A model generated the notes under the pieces. That model was not told the origin of the DNA, made no database searches, and saw nothing but the letters and a program-made list of their open reading frames with translations. Shown here one piece after another: positions 16,447 through 24,062 of a DNA stretch of 40,665 nt (the stretch's first letter is position 1; each line of letters begins with the position of its first letter). Made by a program: the position numbers and the translations under genes. Source of the DNA: a virus; the IMG/VR virus record IMGVR_UViG_3300010403_000017, positions 1 through 40,665 of that record. The stretch is one strand, 5' to 3'.

Positions 16447-16650
16447 TTATCCGTCCTTCCTTATAGTTGTGGTGGTGACTCCGTTTTGTTTGCAGTAATC
16501 GACCCATGTCCATAATTCCCAAAAAGTGTCGGCAAGTTCGCAATTATTCTCCGGATGCCACACCCAAACCGTCCGACGACTATCAGTTGCTTCGGCAGTC
16601 TTTCCGCAGTGAGGGCAATTGAGTGATCCAGAGGTAACTGTGTAGCTCAC
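16447..16650 (-). CDS. Small protein with a CxxC motif (67 aa)
   Basis: GTG start overlapping the parB-like stop (GTGA). Contains CPHCGK. Confidence 0.45.
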   Translation of the reverse strand: MSYTVTSGSLNCPHCGKTAEATDSRRTVWVWHPENNCELADTFWELWTWVDYCKQNGVTTTTIRKDG

Positions 16651-18158
16651 GCGGCCGCTTTTTTCTTATTGCCCTTCTTGGCATCAAACTCCGACCGCGC
16701 CTGGATAATCGAGGCGGCATGCCTGACCTTCGGTAGCTCGGAAAGCAGGAAGTTCATACATGATGCCTTATGAACGGTCATGAGCGGATCGTCAATCCAT
16801 TCTCGATAACAGCCCAGGGCGATTGTCAGCTTGAATAATTGTGCGCCTGTGCATTTCTTCAGTAGAGCAATCCGTTGATCGAAGCTCATCGACCGGTTGA
16901 ACTTGGCCGCAATGCCGGCGAGCTCGCACGCCTTGTTCAGTGCCGTCTTTGACTTATCGCCAAAGTCTGAGAATGGACTGAGTTCAAGAAGAGAGGCAAC
17001 CGCCGGGATCAGGATTACCGGGATATCGCCTGTCGATTGTGTGACGAGCTTCTGCGTAGTTATCTCCCGGGCCCGGGCCTCGATGCGGTTATTCAATATC
17101 TCAGCTTTTCGCCGGTCGCGAATCTTCCTACTGGCCGCCGACCGCGCAGGCGATTCGGGTAGCGCCTTGGAAACGCTCGTGGATTTGGTAAGCTTGATGT
17201 GAAACTTCTGGCCGATGTGATCCCCCTCGACGACGATAGCGAGCGGAGCCTTTTTATCGTTCGTTTTCTCGTAACCATCCCGGCCGAGGATCTTGCCGGA
17301 GGAGCCCCATTCATCTCGTACCTGGATGAGCGGTGAATCGGTCTTAGAGGAGAGGTCCAACTCCTGCTTGCAGTAGGCATTGACCTTCGTTTCGAAGCAG
17401 CCGCGGTCCGAGCATCGCGCCTTCTTGTCGAGATCTTCGAAGAGGCTTGTTGCCAATCCCGTATTTTTTGGGCAACGATTGCATGGCCCGGCCGCCGGAA
17501 GGAGGTCACCGTCATCGAGCTTGAAAGGCGCCGAGGATAATATCAATAGGACGTTCCGCTTTATGGACTCCTTCAATTCTTTCAACGGCGGTACATGATC
17601 GCCCCAGAAGTCATCCTCGATGATCTCTTCCTGGTCTTTGACCGATAGCCGGCAGAGCTCCAGCGCGTGGGCAAGCGGCAGGGTTGACTGCTCCAGCATC
17701 TTCTTTGCCTCCGGGCAGAGATCGGTGAGTTTCATCCTGGTCGCGATGTAATTGGCGCTCTTGCCGGTCCGGTTGGCGATCTGTTCGATGCTCAGGGCTG
17801 ACACTCCAGAAGCAAGGGCGTGAAGTGAGTTCGCCTCATCCAGGGGGAGGAGATTCTTATGCTGAAGGTGGGATATCAGCTGCGCGTCCCTTACTTCGCC
17901 GTCGGAGAGGATGCGCACAAGGCAAGGGACATCCTGAAGTCCCAGCTTCTTCGCCGCCCGGTACCGGCGCTCGCCGTCGACGATCTCGTAGGCGCCGTTG
18001 GCGGCCCCTTTACGGACGGTCAGCGGGAAAATAATCCCCTTCTCTTTGACCAGCTGGGCAAGCTCGGCCTCGTCGGCCTCCGGGAAGGCCTTGCGTGGAT
18101 TGGTTGGTGAAGGCTTGAGCAGCTTAAGATCGATTAATACCACCTCTTCCTTTTCCAT
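16647..18158 (-). CDS. ParB/Spo0J-family protein with a Cys-cluster C-terminal extension of about 300 aa
   Basis: ATG 18158 with AAGGAG 6 nt upstream. ParB box II IVDGERRYRAAK (GERR at nt 17964..17975). HTH LSIEQIANRTGKSANYIATRMKL. Then CNRCPKN...CSDRGC. Confidence 0.85.
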   Translation of the reverse strand: MEKEEVVLIDLKLLKPSPTNPRKAFPEADEAELAQLVKEKGIIFPLTVRKGAANGAYEIVDGERRYRAAKKLGLQDVPCLVRILSDGEVRDAQLISHLQHKNLLPLDEANSLHALASGVSALSIEQIANRTGKSANYIATRMKLTDLCPEAKKMLEQSTLPLAHALELCRLSVKDQEEIIEDDFWGDHVPPLKELKESIKRNVLLILSSAPFKLDDGDLLPAAGPCNRCPKNTGLATSLFEDLDKKARCSDRGCFETKVNAYCKQELDLSSKTDSPLIQVRDEWGSSGKILGRDGYEKTNDKKAPLAIVVEGDHIGQKFHIKLTKSTSVSKALPESPARSAASRKIRDRRKAEILNNRIEARAREITTQKLVTQSTGDIPVILIPAVASLLELSPFSDFGDKSKTALNKACELAGIAAKFNRSMSFDQRIALLKKCTGAQLFKLTIALGCYREWIDDPLMTVHKASCMNFLLSELPKVRHAASIIQARSEFDAKKGNKKKAAA

Positions 18159-18348
18159 TGCGCGCTCCTTTATTATTTGAACAGTAGATATGCAACCCAT
18201 AGAAAGAACGTTAACAGTTCCAGTAGCCCGAACACATCCCACCCGCGGCTATTCGTACTGATACGAGGATAATCCCCCCAGGACAACCAACAGAGTCGAA
18301 CGACAACTCCGAGACCGAATATAAATAGAAGCGTCCAGAGGAGTGATG

Positions 18349-18855
18349 TCATACGCCGGTCTTCTCCTCAAATTGAAGATTCTTCCCGTCAACGAGATCC
18401 GCGGAGAACGAGCGATTTGTCCGACCCGAGAATGCATCGGCGATACGCCTCTTCGCCCTCCTGAAAGCGCCCACGACCGTCACGCTCTCGATGCGTTTCA
18501 TGTGGTCGTAGTTGAGATCATCCGAGAGCCGGCGGTGGTTCTCCATCGACTGAAGCTTGCGGACCAGGTCCTCGTGATGTTTGTCGATCCCTTGTCCTAT
18601 GAGGGCGACGAAGTCCTGCATCTTCATCAGGAGCCGGACGGTTTCGGTGTATCCGTAGCTTCCGCAGCTGCATAGCATGACCGTAATCGATTTGTCCTCG
18701 TTATGGCGGAGGCAGAAGAAGCCGCGGCCGTTGCATCCCTGACGCCGGCAGGCCGGGTCGCCGACGATCTGCATCAGGAGATCCTCGAGGGTGTCAACCT
18801 TGTAGACGGGCTTATCAGATCTGTGGAGTTCCGCTGAAGGTGCGGGATTGCTCAT
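18349..18855 (-). CDS. Hypothetical Cys-rich protein (168 aa)
   Basis: ATG 18855 with AAAGGA 5 nt upstream. Contains CRRQGCNGRGFFC...CSCG. Confidence 0.5.
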   Translation of the reverse strand: MSNPAPSAELHRSDKPVYKVDTLEDLLMQIVGDPACRRQGCNGRGFFCLRHNEDKSITVMLCSCGSYGYTETVRLLMKMQDFVALIGQGIDKHHEDLVRKLQSMENHRRLSDDLNYDHMKRIESVTVVGAFRRAKRRIADAFSGRTNRSFSADLVDGKNLQFEEKTGV

Positions 18856-19057
18856 GTGATTCCTTTCCGAATAGGTTTGTGTATCTCGATGACCGGGCCC
18901 ATGCTTCGAGTACCCGGGCGCCGCGTTCGATTGCTTGGAAACTCTCGGGGTTCGCGTCTTTGGCCAGCATCTTGATGGAGTAGAGCATATGGACGACCTG
19001 GTGTGGCACCTTCGCATAGCCGAAGAGGGCGAGCGCGAAACGTAAGGGGTTCACCAC
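18815..19057 (-). CDS. Hypothetical protein (80 aa)
   Basis: ORF only. Overlaps the next gene by 41 nt. Confidence 0.35.
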   Translation of the reverse strand: MVNPLRFALALFGYAKVPHQVVHMLYSIKMLAKDANPESFQAIERGARVLEAWARSSRYTNLFGKESHEQSRTFSGTPQI

Positions 19058-19058
19058 G

Positions 19059-19400
19059 TCAAATGACCTTGATGTCGATATGTGGGTACTTTTCTTTCAT
19101 GAGTTTGTGCTTCATTCTCCAGGTCGGGGTTTCGAAGCCTTTGATCTCTATATGCTCTATATGCCGATCGGCGTAAGTAACACGGAAGTCGAGTCGGTAT
19201 GTGATCTTATTAGGCGGCTCGGAAAGTATGAAAACAACCTGCCGATCGACCCGTTTGACGCGGTCGGATGGACTACTTGCAGAACGGAGCATGTCGAGTA
19301 TCTGAGCATAATCAGCTTCCTTTTTCGAATCGTAGAGGATTCCTTTGTAGAGCGTCTTTTTCGCATTGAATTTATTTCTCTTCGGCGCCTTCCACTTCAC
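19059..19400 (-). CDS. DUF1064-family protein (putative PD-(D/E)xK nuclease or resolvase)
   Basis: NKFNAKKT..KGILYDSKKEADYAQIL ... E.K signature. GTGA overlap with the upstream gene. Confidence 0.75.
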   Translation of the reverse strand: MKWKAPKRNKFNAKKTLYKGILYDSKKEADYAQILDMLRSASSPSDRVKRVDRQVVFILSEPPNKITYRLDFRVTYADRHIEHIEIKGFETPTWRMKHKLMKEKYPHIDIKVI

Positions 19401-19885
19401 ACTTGCACCGCGCCGAACTTTTCCTTGAGCTCCTGGACGACCGGGTGATTATCGAGTTCTCCGTTAGCAATCGGTGGTTTGTCCGGGGCGTTGTCGGTGG
19501 CCGGCGGATCTGTGAGAGATAGCTGCTCGTTCTTGTCATAATATTCGTCGGGTCCGTAAGCCGCCTCGCTTTGATTCTTTATCCGCGCCAGGAGAGCGCG
19601 CTTCGTGGTTTGCCATTCGGCGCGAAAAGTACAAAGGAAGTATCCCTCTCCAGTAGAACCGATCGGATACTTTAATTTCGCTCTAAGATAATGGACCCAT
19701 TCACGCACTTCGACGGTGCTAACTTCTTGCTTGAGGACAACTGAGGCTCGGCGTGCGATTTCTGAACCAGATATCGGCTTTGTGGGCGTTATCTCGTTTG
19801 ACTTTCGACCAGTGTAGAGCGTCGCATAAAGCCGCTTTGCGTTCTTGGCCGTGTCGAAATTCGATTTTCCGGAATGGTCGGTCAC
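19397..19885 (-). CDS. Hypothetical protein (162 aa), coupled to the ATPase
   Basis: GTG start overlapping the ATPase stop (GTGA). No motif recognised. Confidence 0.5.
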   Translation of the reverse strand: MTDHSGKSNFDTAKNAKRLYATLYTGRKSNEITPTKPISGSEIARRASVVLKQEVSTVEVREWVHYLRAKLKYPIGSTGEGYFLCTFRAEWQTTKRALLARIKNQSEAAYGPDEYYDKNEQLSLTDPPATDNAPDKPPIANGELDNHPVVQELKEKFGAVQV

Positions 19886-21252
19886 GAGATCTCTTCCAGG
19901 AGGTAGTCGTCGCCTTCTATTTTCAGGAGCGACATAGCCTTCAGCTTCTGCGTGTATATGCGAACCGTTTCACGGCCGAGCTTTGACAGCAACATCAGTT
20001 GTTTTTTCGTGGCCCGATGGTCCGGCTTCTCCAGGAGGATCTTGATAATGACCTTCTCGCTTCCGAGTTTATCGAGCCAGCCTTGCCATACACCGGCGTC
20101 GATGTGGGATTCACCGTTGACCTTCACTTCGGCGAAGAGCTTCGAGAGCGTTTCAAACTCGGGCCGCAGGTGGTCCTGAACGATCTTCAGGCGACGTTCG
20201 GCGTCGAAGCGCGCGGATCGTTCCTTGGAGAGATCCTCCCGGAGTTGGGCGATCGTCACCTGGAGCTCGGCAGTCCGGTCGACCTGAGCGGGAGCGGCCG
20301 CGGCTGGCGCCGGCGGGGCGGCTGCCGGCTTGATCTTCCCTTTTGCTTTCTGCTCGATCGGCTGCTCGGCCGGGTGTTCTTCGATGTAGCTCTTCAAACG
20401 GCCGACGAATCCTGTGACGTCGGTTGCAATGCCTTTGGTGAGTCGTTTCGGATCCCGGCGGTTGGGGTGGACCGTCGTCTTCTCGTCGATTTTGGTGCGG
20501 ATGGGGATGTGACTGCGGAGCGAACAGATCCACGCTTCTCCCGAAGGGAGCGCGGGGATCGTCTTCATCATCTGCTCGATTTGGGAGGGCTCGATCCGGC
20601 TGACCTTGAACCAGTCTTCCAGGGAGCGAAGGGAGTTCTTCCCGCTCTGGCAATGGACGATGAGGCGTTCGCAGATCTCCAGGATGGATTTATTGACATC
20701 CTCCGCCCTCTGGTTAATGAGCGTATAGCCGAGACTCCGGTTGCCACCCATACGCGCCAGGCTCTCGATGACGCCATAGACCTCAGCAACCTCTGAATGA
20801 ACCTTCTGGGGTATGAACTCGGCGGCTTCCTCGATGAAGATATGCCTTACCCGGGAGTTTTCCATCAGAAGGGTGAGGACCGCGATCTTCACGATACGGC
20901 GCCAGTGGGATTTGTTCAGTATCGAATAGAGGTCCAACACGAGCGGGATATCTTCGTTCATGGCCGCGCGTACGATCGCCTCGACGTTCGATTCTGACAG
21001 TGGGATGTCCCCGTCGGTGCCGGCGACCACGACCGGATAGCCCTTGCCGTTTTTGCCGACGCGAAGGTACTTCCAGACGCCGATCGGATCGAAGGCCACG
21101 AAGGGGATCCCGCAGTCGAGCAGCTGCTCGGCGATCTTCGTACCGGTGTAGGTCTTGCCGCTATCTCTGATGCCCAGGACGGCGTTGCCGTTGACAGCGT
21201 ACTCGACAGCGTCGATGGAGAGATCAGGCGATAATTGAATTCTGGATTGCAT
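19882..21252 (-). CDS. HerA/FtsK-like (DUF87-type) P-loop ATPase with a coiled coil and a wHTH-like C-terminus
   Basis: Walker A GIRDSGKT (nt 21151..21174) followed by FDPIGVW. Walker B HIFIEEAAEF. LINQRAEDV...L..C...IVH motif. Pro/Ala linker, then helical C-terminus. Confidence 0.7.
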   Translation of the reverse strand: MQSRIQLSPDLSIDAVEYAVNGNAVLGIRDSGKTYTGTKIAEQLLDCGIPFVAFDPIGVWKYLRVGKNGKGYPVVVAGTDGDIPLSESNVEAIVRAAMNEDIPLVLDLYSILNKSHWRRIVKIAVLTLLMENSRVRHIFIEEAAEFIPQKVHSEVAEVYGVIESLARMGGNRSLGYTLINQRAEDVNKSILEICERLIVHCQSGKNSLRSLEDWFKVSRIEPSQIEQMMKTIPALPSGEAWICSLRSHIPIRTKIDEKTTVHPNRRDPKRLTKGIATDVTGFVGRLKSYIEEHPAEQPIEQKAKGKIKPAAAPPAPAAAAPAQVDRTAELQVTIAQLREDLSKERSARFDAERRLKIVQDHLRPEFETLSKLFAEVKVNGESHIDAGVWQGWLDKLGSEKVIIKILLEKPDHRATKKQLMLLSKLGRETVRIYTQKLKAMSLLKIEGDDYLLEEIS

Positions 21253-21254
21253 GC

Positions 21255-21500
21255 TTATGGCCTCGGGATCTTCACGTTGAGGGCCGGCTTGACAGCCGTG
21301 GAGTGCCGGCGAGATCGCGGATCCTCTTCCCCGAGCCTTTTGCCGTGTGCCAGGTAGCAGCGCGTCGATGAGTCGTCGTAGCCATGCCAGTACTCCTGCT
21401 GCAGCCGGGCGGTCCAGGCTTGGTCAGCGGCCATGTAGACGACATAGACCAATGCACCGACGAGAAGTACGTCTATAATGACGCCGAGTAGTTTTTTCAT
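21255..21500 (-). CDS. Small membrane-anchored protein (81 aa)
   Basis: Starts at MKKLLGVIIDVLLVGALVYVVYMAA (ATG 21500, ATGA overlap with the upstream stop). Confidence 0.5.
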   Translation of the reverse strand: MKKLLGVIIDVLLVGALVYVVYMAADQAWTARLQQEYWHGYDDSSTRCYLAHGKRLGEEDPRSRRHSTAVKPALNVKIPRP

Positions 21501-21730
21501 AATTGAGCCGCGTCGAGTTCTGCAATCTTCGTATTGATATGCCTGAGCATCGACCAGGCATGTTCGTCTTTGGCGAGCTGAGCCAGCGTTCCCAGTTCGC
21601 GGATGCACTCGGAACGGACTATTTTCAATACCTTGAATGTGCCGACAGAAAATGGGTCGCCGTCTTCTTTGTCGCTCACCTTCACCAACTCCGCTCTGAC
21701 TCTCTCCTCCATCGTCTCTGGGCTACTCAT
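21497..21730 (-). CDS. Hypothetical protein (77 aa)
   Basis: ATGA-coupled at both ends. Confidence 0.5.
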   Translation of the reverse strand: MSSPETMEERVRAELVKVSDKEDGDPFSVGTFKVLKIVRSECIRELGTLAQLAKDEHAWSMLRHINTKIAELDAAQL

Positions 21731-21966
21731 CCCTTCCCCTCCTTATCAAGAATCCCTAAGAAATCGAGAATGTCGCGGAGGCATGCATCATTGAACAGGC
21801 AATGTTCCCGTGAACTGAAGACATATTGCTTCCATGATTTGTACCAGGATAGGATTGCCAGCTGGGCCCCACTGCGATTGTTGTAAACTCGATAGACCGG
21901 ATGTCCGTCGAATTGCTCTTGCTCGCTGCACCGAACATTGATGAACTTGTACTTCTTCTCCATCAT
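21727..21966 (-). CDS. Hypothetical protein (about 79 aa)
   Basis: Start MMEKKYKF at 21966, overlapping the upstream stop. Confidence 0.5.
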   Translation of the reverse strand: MMEKKYKFINVRCSEQEQFDGHPVYRVYNNRSGAQLAILSWYKSWKQYVFSSREHCLFNDACLRDILDFLGILDKEGKG

Positions 21967-22163
21967 CCTTCCTTTTGAGATGGTGCCATCAGGTGTGCGA
22001 CGATCGCGATAATGCCCCCAGCAGCCAGGAACGATATCACGCAGGCGAGAGATACCCATTCCCACCAGCTGAACTCATGTGAAGACAGTAGCCAGCATGT
22101 GAGACCGACGATGAGCGCGGCCCACACTGAAGCAATCATCCAGCGACGACGAATCCTGGTCAT
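21963..22163 (-). CDS. Small two-TM membrane protein (66 aa)
   Basis: Two hydrophobic segments (MIASVWAALIVGLTCWLL and WVSLACVISFLAAGGIIAIVAHL). ATGA-coupled. Confidence 0.5.
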   Translation of the reverse strand: MTRIRRRWMIASVWAALIVGLTCWLLSSHEFSWWEWVSLACVISFLAAGGIIAIVAHLMAPSQKEG

Positions 22164-22453
22164 TTCACCTGCCGGAGTTTGGGTGAGGAATCGATTTGCT
22201 TCTTGCGGCGTTCGCGGAAGTTGATGAGATCGATCTTCGCGTAGGTGTAACGCTTACCGATCCGGGTCGATGGCAAGGCGCCGATCTTTGTCTGGGTGCG
22301 GACCGTCTGGGGATGAACCCTGAGAAACTCGGCCGCCTCTTCCACCGTGAAAGAGCGGTCCGGATCGAGCGTGACGACCGCCTCGTGAAGCCGGCGGATG
22401 TCATCCCGCAAGGAGCCAAGTTCGCTTCGCAGCACCTCCTGGTAGATGCTCAT
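22160..22453 (-). CDS. Excisionase-family (MerR-type) HTH DNA-binding protein
   Basis: FTVEEAAEFLRVHPQTVRTQTKIGALPSTRIGKRYTYAKIDLINF matches the excisionase-family HTH pattern. Start ATG 22453 (ATGA overlap). Confidence 0.6.
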   Translation of the reverse strand: MSIYQEVLRSELGSLRDDIRRLHEAVVTLDPDRSFTVEEAAEFLRVHPQTVRTQTKIGALPSTRIGKRYTYAKIDLINFRERRKKQIDSSPKLRQVK

Positions 22454-22956
22454 GACTTTACGGTTCCCCCGAGGACGATCTTCATGGAGTGGACATTCGT
22501 GAGGGAGTTCAATTCTTCTTTTGCCCTTGTGGCAGCATCGATGATCGCATCGATCCGCGCGCGGCATTTCTTGTACCCGCCGGGGCCGGAGGTTTTAAAC
22601 TCCTCGACGACACGGCCCAGATGCTTGACGATCTCCAGCATCTCGTCATCCAGGTGGCCGTCGAGCTCCGCATGCTTCACCCGCTTGATGAGGTCGTAAC
22701 CCATACGGTCCGCCTGAAATTCCAGGATGGCGATCGCGAGCGGTTTGAGCTGAGGGCGTTGCGCGAGGACCGGGGTGAGTGAGGCGGGGAAATCGGATTC
22801 ACCGTCGAAGGAGAACCACCGGGAGATCGTCGACTGATCGACGCCCAATTCGTCGGCGAGTTGCTTCTGCACCAGACGGTACTCGTGCATAATTACATTT
22901 ACAGCGCTTCGGAAGTCCTCCCGTTCCCGGGTGACTTCAACTTTCGTTGAGTGCAT
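22450..22956 (-). CDS. HTH regulatory protein, possibly CII/CP76-like
   Basis: N-terminal HTH (QKQLADELGVDQSTISRWF) and second position in the rightward early operon. The family assignment is from memory. Confidence 0.45.
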   Translation of the reverse strand: MHSTKVEVTREREDFRSAVNVIMHEYRLVQKQLADELGVDQSTISRWFSFDGESDFPASLTPVLAQRPQLKPLAIAILEFQADRMGYDLIKRVKHAELDGHLDDEMLEIVKHLGRVVEEFKTSGPGGYKKCRARIDAIIDAATRAKEELNSLTNVHSMKIVLGGTVKS

Positions 22957-22975
22957 GAGATCCTCTTTTTTTATG

Positions 22976-22993
22976 CTCGGAAGAACATCCGAG
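22976..22993 (-). other. 6-bp stem hairpin between the cro-like and CII-like genes
   Basis: ctcgga / agaaca / tccgag. No U-tract follows on the minus strand. Confidence 0.4.
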
Positions 22994-23004
22994 GAATGCT
23001 ACCT

Positions 23005-23253
23005 TTAGGCAGCAGCTGTTTTCTGCGCCTCATCCGGCTCGAATAACGATGCTGGTGAAACATTGAGCGCTTCAGCGATGCGAAATATAACGGAGGAGTT
23101 CACATCGACCTCGCCCTGTTCAATGCGTGAGATCGCCGCCTGCGTCATCCCGATCTTTTCAGCGAGTACCTTCTGAGAGATATCCTTCTCGCGTCTGATG
23201 CGCCTGATCTTTCCGCCAACGTTCGGCCTATTTTGTTCCATCGTTGTGTCCAT
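23005..23253 (-). CDS. cro: Cro-like XRE-family HTH repressor
   Basis: ISQKVLAEKIGMTQAAISRIEQGE HTH. Divergent from the CI-like gene. Start is ATG 23253 or 23241. The longer ORF would run through the promoter. Confidence 0.75.
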   Translation of the reverse strand: MDTTMEQNRPNVGGKIRRIRREKDISQKVLAEKIGMTQAAISRIEQGEVDVNSSVIFRIAEALNVSPASLFEPDEAQKTAAA

Positions 23254-23266
23254 AACTGACGGGGGT

Positions 23267-23295
23267 AATATATACGATAAACGTATAGATGTCAA
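23267..23295 (-). promoter_or_regulatory. Early promoter for the cro-like operon: TTGACA-N17-TATATT
   Basis: Minus strand: TTGACA tctatacgtttatcgta TATATT, then 13 nt to ATG 23253, giving a near-leaderless transcript. Confidence 0.65.
23268..23289. promoter_or_regulatory. Operator copy 1: ATATATAC-N7-GTATAGA (core TATAC-N7-GTATA palindrome)
   Basis: Lies in the spacer of the cro-side promoter. The same 15 flanking bases recur at 23371..23392. Confidence 0.6.
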
Positions 23296-23322
23296 CTCAA
23301 AAAAGCCTTGATTATAATTCAG

Positions 23323-23343
23323 ATTCATTATTTATACATGAAT
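23323..23343. promoter_or_regulatory. Palindrome ATTCAT-N9-ATGAAT in the centre of the switch region
   Basis: Perfect 6-bp arms read directly. A second inverted repeat, GAATT-N7-AATTC, follows at 23340..23356. Confidence 0.4.
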
Positions 23344-23364
23344 TATCTGAGAATTCAGCATGAT

Positions 23365-23394
23365 TTCACAATATATACCTTTTTTGTATAGAAT
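23365..23394 (+). promoter_or_regulatory. Candidate repressor-gene promoter TTCACA-N18-TAGAAT
   Basis: Hexamers at 23365..23370 and 23389..23394. GGAGGA RBS at 23404..23409. ATG at 23414. Confidence 0.4.
23371..23392. promoter_or_regulatory. Operator copy 2: ATATATAC-N7-GTATAGA
   Basis: Overlaps the spacer and -10 of the candidate cI-side promoter. Centre-to-centre distance to copy 1 is 103 bp. Confidence 0.6.
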
Positions 23395-23413
23395 ATATCA
23401 ATCGGAGGATAAC

Positions 23414-24055
23414 ATGGAAGGCTTGTTAATGCTACATTTACATGGCATGGCAATAGGGGACAACATCCGGAGGATGCGTCGAGAGCGAGAGTTCTCTCAG
23501 GAATATGTCGCCGAAAAATTAGGCTTGACGCAGGCGCAGATATCACGTATCGAGAACAATGAATCGGATCCCGATTCAGAACTCATTTCCAAATTTGCGG
23601 AGGTCCTCGGAGTAAGCCCGGGGATATTATTCGAACAGCCAGCGGTGAGACCCAAAGAGGGTAAGCAGCGCCTCGATATCAGCGGCGGTCTGCGACCTGT
23701 CTACGGATCTGTACCAGCCGGCAGCGGATCGGTAAGGGAGGAACCATCAATGTATGAGGACGCACCGCCTGGTGTTCAAGATGGCGGCAAAGGATATTGG
23801 CTCCGAGTGAAGGGCGACTCGATGCACCCGGCGCTTCGGGATGGACAACTGGTTTTCGTCAATCCGGAACGCGAGGTACACGACAATGATTTCGTCGTCG
23901 TCGTCTGGAATGATCATACCGACGGCGCGATCAAGCAGGTGCATTTCACGACGAAGGAAGTTATATTGTCCTCAATCAATCAGATCCATCCACCGATCGT
24001 TGTTCCTCGGGAGAAGATCTCGCTCATCGCCAGGATCTGCTATGTGAAACTATAG
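23414..24055 (+). CDS. cI: CI-like repressor: XRE HTH plus S24 (LexA-type) autopeptidase domain
   Basis: HTH QEYVAEKLGLTQAQISRIENNE. A possible Ala-Gly cleavage site in VPAGSG. GDSMHP (Ser) and GAIKQV (Lys) catalytic motifs. ATG 23414 follows GGAGGA (ATG 23447 is an alternative). Confidence 0.88.
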   Translation: MEGLLMLHLHGMAIGDNIRRMRREREFSQEYVAEKLGLTQAQISRIENNESDPDSELISKFAEVLGVSPGILFEQPAVRPKEGKQRLDISGGLRPVYGSVPAGSGSVREEPSMYEDAPPGVQDGGKGYWLRVKGDSMHPALRDGQLVFVNPEREVHDNDFVVVVWNDHTDGAIKQVHFTTKEVILSSINQIHPPIVVPREKISLIARICYVKL

Positions 24056-24062
24056 TTTGGGG

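Noticed and set aside
18249-18437. A 62-aa minus-strand ORF in the leader upstream of the ParB-like gene.
   Set aside because: It overlaps the end of the 168-aa gene in another frame, has an Arg/Ser/Leu-rich composition and has no RBS. It is treated as noncoding leader.
23308-23318. TTGATT immediately followed by a perfect TATAAT on the plus strand, considered as a promoter.
   Set aside because: The two hexamers overlap or abut, so they cannot be a -35/-10 pair. The sequence 17 bp upstream of TATAAT (TGTCAA) is a poor -35 and is in fact the complement of the cro-side -35. A weak extra promoter cannot be excluded.
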